Below are positions 53,801-64,000 of a stretch of DNA of 64,000 nucleotides, piece by piece. The stretch spans positions 6,324,001-6,388,000 of the forward strand of contig OZ316775.1 in NCBI GenBank assembly GCA_973851085.1. The letters are read 5' to 3'. Positions within the stretch are counted from its first letter, which is position 1, and each line of letters begins with the position of its first letter. Below the pieces are notes generated by a model. The model worked only from the letters and a program-made list of their open reading frames with translations, was not told the origin of the DNA and did not search any database. The stretch comes from Ptychomitrium polyphyllum (Eukaryota). The translations under genes and the position numbers were made by a program.

Positions 53801-55625
53801 CCAGAAGGCATGGAGGTATCCTGAGCTGATGATGAACTTCAATTACGATAGAAAGCCAAACATGTTAATTATGAGCGTACCGTCAGAATCCAGTTCTTGA
53901 ACCAATTTCAAGGCTTTGGAAGTGCCAACCTCTCTTACCGAAGCTGCTGGAACCACAACCAAAAGTATAGCATCACTATGCTCAGCAAATTCTTGCACCT
54001 GTAGAAATATGATAATGACGATAGTTAGCAGTAGACATTTTACTTACTTCCGCATTTGTTCAGATAACGCTAACAATGTTTAGGCGTGACGCTATGGCTA
54101 CGATAAAAAGTTGAAAGCTAACAAAATTGCATTGAAGGCTTACAAGTGAGTCTTCTGAAGTGGCGCGAGTGTCAAGTCCAGGGAGATCAAACAGCTTCAA
54201 GGGCGGACCTGCACAGATCCAACTCTTCTATACAAATGTCAAAATATAGCGGACTCCTAAATAACCCAGACTACCGAAATCAATGTGGGCGACCATTAAG
54301 AGCCACCAACACCAAACAAAAAGCTAACAAAAGCCGAAATCATACAACAGGGACAATTAAGAACATCTCACCTGCACCAGACTGGAGAGTGAGCTGAATG
54401 CCTTCGGTTCTACCATTTCTTGCATTTGACGTCCAACTTTTCAACCTTCCTTGCAGCGAATGACGAACATCGCCTGGTTCCATGGACGTGAAAGTGGATA
54501 AACAGGTATTTATAATTATTCACCAAATCAAAGGAAAAAGAACACATTCAGCATGGGCTTGGAAATCAGGTGCCTTGTTGAAACTATTTATCAGATGGAG
54601 CAGCCGAGAAAACTAACCCCAATAAACAAAAACCCTGGATTCCAAAAGACCTTACTTGCAGAGACGTTCGAAGTTCTTCCATCAAGAACAACATACAATC
54701 CTCTGTTGCTGCTTGAGCTACCCCTCTGCATTTGAATAATAATTGGTGCACGTGTTGCACCGTTTTCCCCAGTTGGCTATAACAAAACAGGTCAAACTCT
54801 CATGTCAAGAGACCATAAACCCTAACCTGAAGTTTCAAACAGAACCATTCCTATTGCTGTTCCTCTGACAACCTCACGGAGGAGAACATCTGTGACGATA
54901 GAACCAGACATCATATGCTCCATTCATTCCAATTCATCATCGAGACCTCTGTCAGAATTAAAGTTGATATCACATGTCGCCTACACACTGTCCATAATTA
55001 GCATAAATTGCAAATGCCCTCTTCCGGCAAACACAAGCAGCCCTCCATGGCTGAACAAATGGGAGCAAATAGGGGCAAATTTCAACAAAGCCATAATTTC
55101 TCCAAGAACCTCTCGACTTAGTTGAGAAAGTGCTGGGTGACGAGAATTACCAACACGGGAAAGCCCATGAGACTGTTCAGAACAGCAGACTTGCCAGCAC
55201 CCTGCAGAGAAGGAAAACGAAAATTGAAACCTCCGAGTCCTCAAAGAACCCACACTGTAGCACTCCGTGTACATTTTCCGCAGCCTTTTCTCTTCCAGGC
55301 TTCCATAAATCCACAGTGCATTCACTGATCGCGATACCAAGAGAAAATAGAGACTCTTCCTCGCCAATTGCGCGTAAAGAGTTATGGTGAATTCAGTGTA
55401 GAGATAATTGGAACCGTAAACTGCGAGAGGTTTGGGAGGGAGGAGGCATCTTACGACGCTGCCAAGGGCGACAACGTTGAGAAAAGAAGCCGACTGTCCT
55501 GATGCTTCGTCTCCGTCCTCTGCGTCCGCCAGCAACGCCGCGGCCTGCTGCATCGAGTCCGCCAGAAGGACCAGGCTCTCCATGGCGCCTGCAAATCGCT
55601 CATCGCTGCCTCTCCCTGCCGCCAT
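47839..55625 (-). CDS. DRP2: Dynamin-related protein 2 (plant classical dynamin: GTPase, middle, PH, GED and Pro-rich tail), about 20 exons
   Basis: [22 protein letters not shown]-loop; [20 protein letters not shown]-like exon; [33 protein letters not shown] exon [47 protein letters not shown]; tail ending [10 protein letters not shown]...YRP*. Confidence 0.95.
50445..50528 (+). tRNA. trnL-UAA: tRNA-Leu (anticodon UAA)
   Basis: Acceptor stem GCTGGCT/AGCCAGC plus discriminator A; D arm GCCCGAGTGGTCTAAGGG; anticodon arm GGCGA-CTTAAGA-TCGCC; long variable arm ATGCGTAGGCAT; T arm GTGGG-TTCAAAC-CCCAC; upstream CAA and downstream T runs. Confidence 0.97.
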
Positions 55626-57261
55626 ACCACTCCGCCACAAGAAGAATTATGCACCGGGTCAAATTACAGCCCTGCCTCCACAAATCAGATGGGGCTGCAC
55701 CGTCGCAACAGCACACTCATCTCCCAAGAGCTCAACTCAGGTGCGAAACAACCGCAGAATCAGGCTCCGCACAGCCATAGCTCAGTCCGCCACAACCCTG
55801 TCATGCTACACACATAAAACTCATCTGACTCAGAATTCTCCCTCGGTTGGAGCGGGGGACTATAACTAGCTGATTCTTTGGGTGCTTGAGCTTCACGTAA
55901 AGCAAAGCTGAAGCTGAAGTGACATGAATCACAATTGCGAGAGTCTGGGCATCTGCAAAGAGGGGCAGGACCAGGAATACAGTGTGAGCCTGTGAGGGAA
56001 AGCAGGATTCCGAAGGCAAAGGAAGCTCTTAATTTAGTCCCTAGTTTTGTGACCATTTTTTAAGTGGATAAAGTGGGTATATTCGCACTTGTAAGAGCTG
56101 GCCCCCACTGCCCGGCTCCTGGAAGCTATGAGAGAGTTCGGGAATTGCAGTGGAAGTTTGTGTGTAGGACGCCGTAATGATGGAAGACCTGGTCGAGCGT
56201 CCCCAACAACCAGAACTTCCCAGGTCAGGCTGATGGAAGGAAATTCCATAAAGAGAGTCACCACAGCAAGCAAAATCATGTTGAACACAACTATGTACAG
56301 GAGCCTAAGCTTCATTTGAGTTTTTAGACGAAAAAAATACTAATAGCAAGAATAGAATACTCAGAACACAAAACAAGTTTACAGCCGTCGACATTGATGC
56401 AAAACCGTGGGAGTACAACTCAATGGTGTGATGACTCACTAGTAAGTAGTCGGTATACCAAGGCACTGTACATCAGCCTCGCTGAGATAAATTTCTGTGC
56501 TCACCTGACCTAATTGTAACTGGCTGCGATTGGCACAGATTTCGTTGTACGTTGCCAAATTATGCGACTAAAGTACTATGACTAGGAAATCCTGAATGAC
56601 AATCCACGTCATCAGCAACAAGACTCAGTACTGTAACCGTGCTGCAACTCAAGTTGTTGCACTCCAAAGTTGCAAGGCTTATACTGACCACTCAATTACA
56701 GCCCTCATACCACAGGATTGTTGCTCCAATATTCTGCGTGTGAATCATAAAAATTTACAGTCAATAGATCACTGACTTATCAATCAAATTCGACAACAAG
56801 AAGAACTGATCCCAGTCAAGTTTTTGTCATGCCTATGTGCAATAAACCCTCCTACCTAACCGCGAAATACTTAGCATCCTGTACAACACAGCGATCAAAA
56901 TATGTCATGGACATAAACAATCGACAATGCACCTGCTCGATGAACTGAATGCCTGTAAAATTGAGGTCTTTCAAGGACAAATGATGCAAAATCAGTTCAA
57001 AAATGTAATGTCATTTAAATATGGAGCTGAATACTCCGGCTTAACAATCGAAACAAGTGTTTGTATGCACAACTGGAACCAAACAACCTTCCTGCTCTAC
57101 TGCAACAAGGAAGCTCCAAGGACTTCACATTACACAGACAAGTGCCTTCCTCAGTACCCTACTTCATCAACTAGAAGAGTTCAAATTCTATCCAATCAAG
57201 TTTTATATAAATCATCAGAGATCCACCCTGATCACACCTCGCAGCCTGACCAGGGTAGATC

Positions 57262-58858
57262 TTACTGCTTCAACTTCTTCGTGATCTCGGCAGTGTACTT
57301 GCCCTGATGGAAAGCTATTTCCAGCTCTAGCTTCGTTGGTTGTCTTGTGCCATCGCCCGCAAAAGTACCAGCACCATAAGGAGACCCGCCTCTCACCTCG
57401 TTTATCTCAAACATACCAGCTCCACCAGTATATCCGATAGGCACAAATATCATGCCGTGATGCGTCAACTGCGTGATAGCTGTCAACCTGATAAACCGGC
57501 CACAATCAGAGGTCAGACACGGTCAGATAGAAGCACGAAACATTCACATGCCACATATATACGCAAACCTTATGAGCACCTAGCAAATCTGTAACGGGTA
57601 AAATCCATTGATACATAAAGCAACCAAATACTGCAAGAGAACAATTGTCAGGAGGACCAGACTTACGCCGTAGTTTCCTGGCCACCTCCCTGACTACCGG
57701 TGCTGATAAAGATCCCCGCGGGCTTTCCAGCAAGCGATTGTGTCCTCCACAAACCACCTGTGGCGTCCAAGAACGACTTGAACTGAGCCGCCATCATACC
57801 GTATCTAGTAGGGAAACCAAACAAAAGCCCGTCGGCTTCGACCAAATCCTTCGCCTCGATCAAAGGCACCTCAGACTTCGGAGGCGCGTGCATCTTTGAC
57901 AATACCTCCTCTGGCAAAGTCTCTGGCACCTGTAATTACAAAGTTAATAAGGAGAACATGTATCGTGCCATGAGTTGCGGCTTCGCAAACAAGATACGTA
58001 ACTGCCAAAAAACTTAAAATCTCTGTGCTGAATTTTTTGCCATATTTAATTAAAGAATCCAGAAAATTTCACTCCCTAGGATTAGCTTCAGGTAAAAGTC
58101 TTAAAAATTCATCAATAACAATAACAAACAAAGAACGCCGCCGCGAGTGCTTACTTGGTATAAAGTCGCCTCCACGCCCTCCACAGAGTTGGCACCCTTC
58201 TGCATTTCTTTCGCGAGAGTTTCTATGTGTCCATACATGGAGTAGTACCTGCAGCAATCGTTCCATACCAAGCAAATATCAGAATCGCAATAGATCTCAA
58301 GTAACGTTCTCCGACACCCCGAACAAATCTCTCCTCCTTTCACACCAAACCCCATCTTAATAGACTCTAAGCAACTCTAATAAACTCTTAATAAAATCTA
58401 AACACCTCGACATCCAACGGACATTATAATAAACTAACCACCAGAATCCGTCACCGAACTTCCAAACCCAATTACCGCCCTAACCATCATCGACACAACC
58501 AAAACAACCCTACTCTATTCTAAACCTCCATCCACCTCATCCGTCGCATAACACATACGCGCAACCATCCAAAGCCTCAAAAAATGACCATAAAATCAAG
58601 AACCTCAAGAAATCCTCCAAAAGACATAAACTTACACAATGTACACCTTAACGGCCATGTTAGCTTGCAATATCTTAATCTAACATGCAGAATTGGTACC
58701 AGACGAAACGGGAACAACGCGCAAGAGAAAGCAAATACAAAACTGTATCTCAAAACAAAGCAGCAACACATGGTGACAAAAAAGCTTACACCGTAGCGAA
58801 CAAGCCCGCAACGCAGGAAGGTATCAGAAACTTACACAATATACACCTTGACGGCCAT
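57262..58858 (-). CDS. Flavodoxin-like NAD(P)H:quinone oxidoreductase (FQR1/WrbA family), 201 aa; exon 1 is 58858-58836 or 58658-58636, then 58248-58155, 57929-57667, 57487-57262
   Basis: [20 protein letters not shown]...[10 protein letters not shown]...[24 protein letters not shown]...[10 protein letters not shown]...[19 protein letters not shown]. Frame is kept (606 nt). Confidence 0.95.
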
Positions 58859-59033
58859 GTTGACGTGCGATTCCGAAGAGTTTGATCACAATCGAATAAC
58901 TAGAACTGACAGAGCCGGAGGCGCGGAGAGCGAATATCAAAGTGGCGGAGAGCGGCAACACAAGAAGTGCAAGCTCTCTCTCAAGACATGCAGCTTGCAC
59001 TGCGCCCGCAAAGACAGCCATCCCTCGAAAAGA

Positions 59034-59073
59034 AAGTAAAAGTGCGCTCATCAAGTAAAAGTGCGCTCTCATC
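59034..59073. repeat. 19-bp tandem duplication in the quinone reductase promoter or 5' region
   Basis: AAGTAAAAGTGCGCTCATC followed by AAGTAAAAGTGCGCTCTCATC. Confidence 0.85.
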
Positions 59074-59532
59074 GGGCAGACAATTGTCGACCATGGTGCT
59101 CGCGCGCGGAGGGCGACGCGTCCACGTCGGATGTTTGGGCGCGTACGAGTTGCTTTTTGGGAGCCCAACCGGGCCAGCTCGGATGTTGTGCGGGTGTGAA
59201 GGAGTAGACGAAGCTGCAGGAGTGGTAGTGGCGCCTCGAGCGGTGACAGCGGCAATACTGGTTGTTGTGGTGATAATTTAAGAGTACTGTACTGTGTACT
59301 ATGTGTTCACGGAGGATTTGTTGGTGTTGGACTGCTGTCTCGGCTTTGCTTCTTTTGGGACTTGTGGTGACAGCAAATCACATAGGGAGTCCTGTGTGTG
59401 TGCGGTCTGTTGTCAGCTTTTGTTATTGTGGAGCAATCTAATGTAGAAGATCTGCAATCACCTCATCACGTTCTTTCTTTTGGTGGAACACTCTGCACCG
59501 CAATGAACCTTATCTGTAACAGAACACTTCTC

Positions 59533-59969
59533 TGTTGTTATTATTGAAGAAATGCAACAAAGCTAGTACAACAAGCAAGAAGAGAGAGAGCAAAGTTGCA
59601 ACAAGAGAAGTGTGGAGCAAGATGACTCCCACTTCCAAAACCCCTTTACTTATACTTGAGAGTCATCCACCAAAATGTGCCACTTGGCGGCCATGCATTT
59701 GCCTCTACTATATGAGTGACATGTGGCGGCTAACCCTAACCCTAGCCGCCGTACCCGCCACCCTAACCCTAACGGCCGCCCTAACCCTAATGGCCGCCCT
59801 AACCTTAGCCGCCATACAAAACCCTTGTTGCCTTTTCTTAACCCTAGCCTCCATATCCCCTATAGCCTCTTTCCTCACACTCCTTTGACCATTAGCAACA
59901 TATCATGCTCTAAGTCTACACAAGGATACTTCAACTAGGATTACTTTATATGTTTCACACTTTGCAACA
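59533..59969 (-). repeat. 3' LTR (~437 bp) of the copia element
   Basis: Bounded by TGTTG...CAACA and directly preceded on the minus strand by the polypurine tract AAAGTGGGAG (59970-59979). The flank TTCTC (59528-59532) is the candidate 5-bp TSD. Confidence 0.85.
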
Positions 59970-59987
59970 CTCCCACTTTGCTACTGG

Positions 59988-62900
59988 TCAAAGGGCCTTT
60001 AGTCCAATTGACCTCGTCAACAACTGGTGTCTATCTCTTACCAATGCTTTTGTCAACAAATCAGCAAGCATGCCCTCTGTTGCACAATACCTCATATCTA
60101 TCACTCCATCTTCAATCTTCTCTCTTATGAAGTGATGTTGGATGTCAATGTGCTTTGTTCGTGAGTGATGCTTGGGATTCTTGGCAAAGGCAAGACATCC
60201 TTGATTGTCACACATGATGGGCGTTGCACCCAGTTGTACAAGTCCAATGTCCTCCAAGAGTTGCCTCAGCCACATTGCTTCCATTGCACCATGACTTGCC
60301 GCCATGTACTCCGCCTCCATGGTTGACCTTGCAATTGTGGGTTGCCTCTTGCAGTTCCAAGAGATGGCTCCCACTCCAACAAAGAACACATACCCCGTTG
60401 TGGAGCGCCTATCATTTGCATCTCCAGCCCAATCCGCATCACAAAATCCCTACAACTCAATGTTATCACCTCCCAGACACAACACAAAGTCCAAGGTGCC
60501 CTTCAAGTACCTCATGATCCTCTTGATGGTTGCCCAGTGCATGGGGCCGGCCTTGGACATGTGTTGGCTCACAACACTCACCGAAAACGCAAGATCAAAC
60601 CTTGTGCCCACCATGGCATACATGAGGCACCCCACTCCGGCCTTGTATGGAACGCCTTGCATTTCGCCCTCCACTTGAGCATACTCCTCATCACTTAGCT
60701 TCATCAACCTCAAGTTTGCCTCCAAAGGCGTTCCCACTGGCTTGCAGTCTTCCATGTTGAATCGCTTCAACACCTCTTCCATGTACTTCTTCTGGCTCAT
60801 GGTGATGGTCCTCTTTGCACGATCCCTCACAAATTCCACTCCAAGACAATAGTGTAACTCGCCCAAATCACTCATCTCAAACTCCTGCTCTAATTTACCC
60901 TTCAACCACTCTAGCTTCTCCGAAAGGTTGGCCAACATGATCAAGTCATCCACATAGAGAATCACAATCAACAAGAATTCCATGGTCTGCATCACATACA
61001 AGGAATGATCCGCCTCACTTCTCACAAACCCTTCCTTCCTAAAGAATGCATCAATGCGTTGGTACCATGCCCTTGGCGATTGCTTAAGCCCGTACAAGGC
61101 CTTCTTCAACTTGCAAACAAGGTGTTCCAAGCCTTCATGTACAAACCCTGGAGGTTGCTCCATGTAGATGTCTTCTTCCAACTCTCCATTTAGAAAGGCC
61201 GTCTTCACATCCATCTGGTGCACCTCCAAGTCCATTGCCGCAGCTATGGCCAAGATGGTCCTAATGGTGGTGAACTTGGCCACAGGTGCAAAGGTCTCAT
61301 TGAAGTCCACACCAGCAACTTGTGAGTATCCTTTGGCAACTAGCCTTGCCTTGTGCCTCACAATTGCACCCGAAGCATCCCTCTTGGTTCTAAACACCCA
61401 CTTGCAACCTATGCAAGAACGATTTGGAGGAAGTTGAGTCAAGTGCCATGTGCCATTGTCCATGAGCGACTTGTACTCCTCTTCCATGGCCTTCTCCCAG
61501 TTCATTGCATCCGTGGACTTCAAGGCATCGCACATAGTTAAAGGATCAACGAGGAGGGCAACATTGGCATGTTCTGCACTCACTTTTGGAAAGATGTGGT
61601 TCTTCCACCATTCACCAAGTGGCCTCCTCTCCCTCATGGGATACCTCCTTCCACTCATTGCAGGCCTCTCTTCTTGTAATGCATTCCCTTCTCCTTCACT
61701 TAGAGGATTATCCTCCTCACTTGGATGAAGATGCTCACCATCATCTTGTGAGGCTCCTCTGCTGGTCTTAAGGGTGGAAGTCGCCTTGCTCTCCCCCTCC
61801 ATTGTTCCTTCACCTCCATCCACATCTCCACCTTCTTCCTTGGTTGTTGAGGATGTGTCCACAATCACACCATTACTCCCACTTGGACACATCTCCAAGT
61901 GCTCACAAGCACTCTTGTGCTCCAAGAACTCAACATCACGACTCTTGATGATCTTCTTGCTCTCCACACACATCAACCTATATGCTTTGCTGCCCTCACA
62001 ATAACCAAAGAACACACACTTTGTACCCTTTGCATCAAGCTTGGACCTCATGCAATCTGGAACCTTTGCATATGCAAGGCATCCGAAGGTCCTCATGTGT
62101 GAAACACAAGGCTTCTTACCACTCCAAGCTTCTTCAGGGGTCATGGATGCAAGGGCACTTGTGGGGCACCTATTTCTTGTGTACACCGCATTCACCACCG
62201 CTTCCGCCCACAACTCATGTCCAAGATGTTGGGCATGAAGCATGCTCCTCGCCATCTCCACAATGGTGCGATTTGCCCTCTCAGCAACTCCATTTTGTTG
62301 TGGAGTGTATGGAGTGGAGGTTTGCCTTGCAATGCCTTCACTCCTCAACAAGTCATCAAAACATTTGGATAAGAACTCACCACCATTATCCGAACGCAAC
62401 ACCTTGATCTTGGACTCACATTGCTTCTCCACGAGCGCCTTGAACTCCTTGAATCTTGCGAAGCATTCGCTCTTGGCCTTGAGGATGAACACCCATACTT
62501 TCCTTGAATAATCATCAATGAAGGTGAGGAAGTACCTTGCTCCCCCGATGGATGGAGTCCTCATAGGCCCGCACACGTCGGAATGCACAATCTCCAACAA
62601 TTTGCTTGCACGACTTGCCACTCCACTTGGAAACGACGCCCTTTGCTGCTTGCCTTGGATGCAAGCCTCACAAGCAAGTTCCTTGGCCTTGTGGCATGTT
62701 GTACCGATATCCAAGCCGCTTACCATGCCTTGGAGCTCCTTCATGGCCTTCACATTGAGGTGCCCAAGGCGCCCATGCCATATGCCAAACTTGTCTTGGT
62801 CTTCAATGAACTCAGCAAAGGCCGCCACCTCCACTCCATTCACCTTCTTACACTTGATGAAGTACAAGTTGCCATCCCTCAACCCCGTGGCAACCACATC

Positions 62901-64000
62901 TCCACTCAATGACTTCACAATACATCCATTCACATTGAAATGAGCCACAAACCCTCCCATCACAAGTTTGCTCACCGAAAGGAGGTTGGACTTCATCTTT
63001 GGCACATGCAGCACGTCCTTGAAGGTGATCCTCTTGGTCTTGCCTCCCACAACAACCTCCACCACAATGGAACCCATTCCAATGGCCTCCACCACGCCAT
63101 TGTCACCCATGAGCACACTAGTGGCTGCAATTGCCTCATAAGTATGGAATGAGCACTTGTAAGGAGTCATGTGCTTTGTGGCGCCCGAATCAACTATCCA
63201 CTTGGATAGGGCCGCCATAGGCGCCCCCTCGCTTGCCATGAAGGCACAATCACCACCTCCAAGGTGGTCCATCACATGGTTGGCATCCTCCCTCTCTCCT
63301 TTCTTGGCCTTGAAGCAATTTTGAGCAAAATGACCTGGTTTTCCACACACAAAGCACGTTCAAAGATTTGGACGTTGATTAGAATAGGTGGCCTTGCCTT
63401 GCCTTGAGAAGAGGGCGGAGTCCTCACTTGAATTCGCCTTCTCCTTCCTCTTGGTGTCCTCGTGGCTCAATCTCGCCGTCACATAGTCCATGGTGAGGTC
63501 CTTGATGGGAATGGACTCCAAGGCCACTATGAGATAGCTATAGGACTCCGGCAAGCTCATGAGCAATGTAATCACAACATCCGACTCCTCCAATGGCTTG
63601 TCCACAATGGCAACTTGCCTTGCAAGGGCCTTCAACTTGTTAACATGCGCCATGAGGTCGTGGCCTTCTTCCATCTTGCAGTTCAAGAGCTTCCTCTTTG
63701 AGAAGATGATGTTGGAGAGGTTCTTGCTCTCATAGATGTTGCAAAGCGTCTTCCACGCTTCTGCTGGTCCAGTGCAAGAGATGATATGGGCGAAGTTGGC
63801 ATCATCAAGGTTGGTGGCAAGGATGCCAAAAGCCTTCTTCTCACGACGCTGGAACTCCTTCCTCTCCTTTGCATCTGCCGACAATGGTGGAGCAACCTCA
63901 CTCTCATCTATGATGTCCCAAAGGTCCATAGAAGCCAACGAGAGCTCCATCCTAACCTTCCATTGGTAGAAGTTATCACCATGAAACTTTTGAATGACCC
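59988..64000 (-). pseudogene. Copia gag-pol polyprotein in one reading frame, broken by two nonsense codons
   Basis: ORFs 63360-63950, 60450-63350 and 59988-60389 share a frame. Stops at 63360-63362 (PNL*TCFVCGKPGH) and 60450-60452 (NIEL*GFCDADW) interrupt otherwise continuous homology. Confidence 0.9.

Larger units (their letters stand above)
59533..64000 (-). mobile_element. Ty1/copia LTR retrotransposon (5' end lies outside the window)
   Basis: Domain order gag, CCHC zinc knuckle, protease (WIVDSGAT), GAG-pre-integrase, integrase (HSDVCGP, RSDNGGEF, QQNGVAER), RT (HQMDVKTAFLNG, LYVDD), RNase H (DADWAG, TKHIDI), then PPT and 3' LTR. Confidence 0.98.

Noticed and set aside
63360..63362. Programmed stop-codon readthrough between gag and pol
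   Set aside because: The stop lies before the gag zinc knuckle, not at a gag/pol boundary, and lacks a CARYYA context. A second stop in pol points to simple decay.
60224..63969. Many plus-strand ORFs over the retrotransposon
   Set aside because: Antisense shadows of gag-pol with no independent coding signal.

Overview
Eukaryotic, intron-rich land-plant DNA; gene content, intron style and AT-rich spacers suggest a moss such as Physcomitrium (inference). From left to right: a spliced gene for a possible permuted papain-like (H...NC) protein; a decayed 2OG-Fe(II) oxygenase pseudogene; a 6-exon secreted class-3 lipase with Atg15-like features; about 18 kb of gene-poor, AT-rich DNA with MITE-like foldbacks and microsatellites; a MYB80-like R2R3-MYB; NHP2; a dynamin-related protein 2 gene with an antisense tRNA-Leu(UAA) in an intron; a flavodoxin-like quinone reductase whose first coding exon occurs twice, 200 bp apart; and a Ty1/copia retrotransposon that runs off the right edge, with two nonsense codons in gag-pol and a 3' LTR full of CCCTAA repeats. 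Exon structures were built by hand from GT/AG sites and frame continuity. Family assignments rest on recalled motifs, not on database searches.
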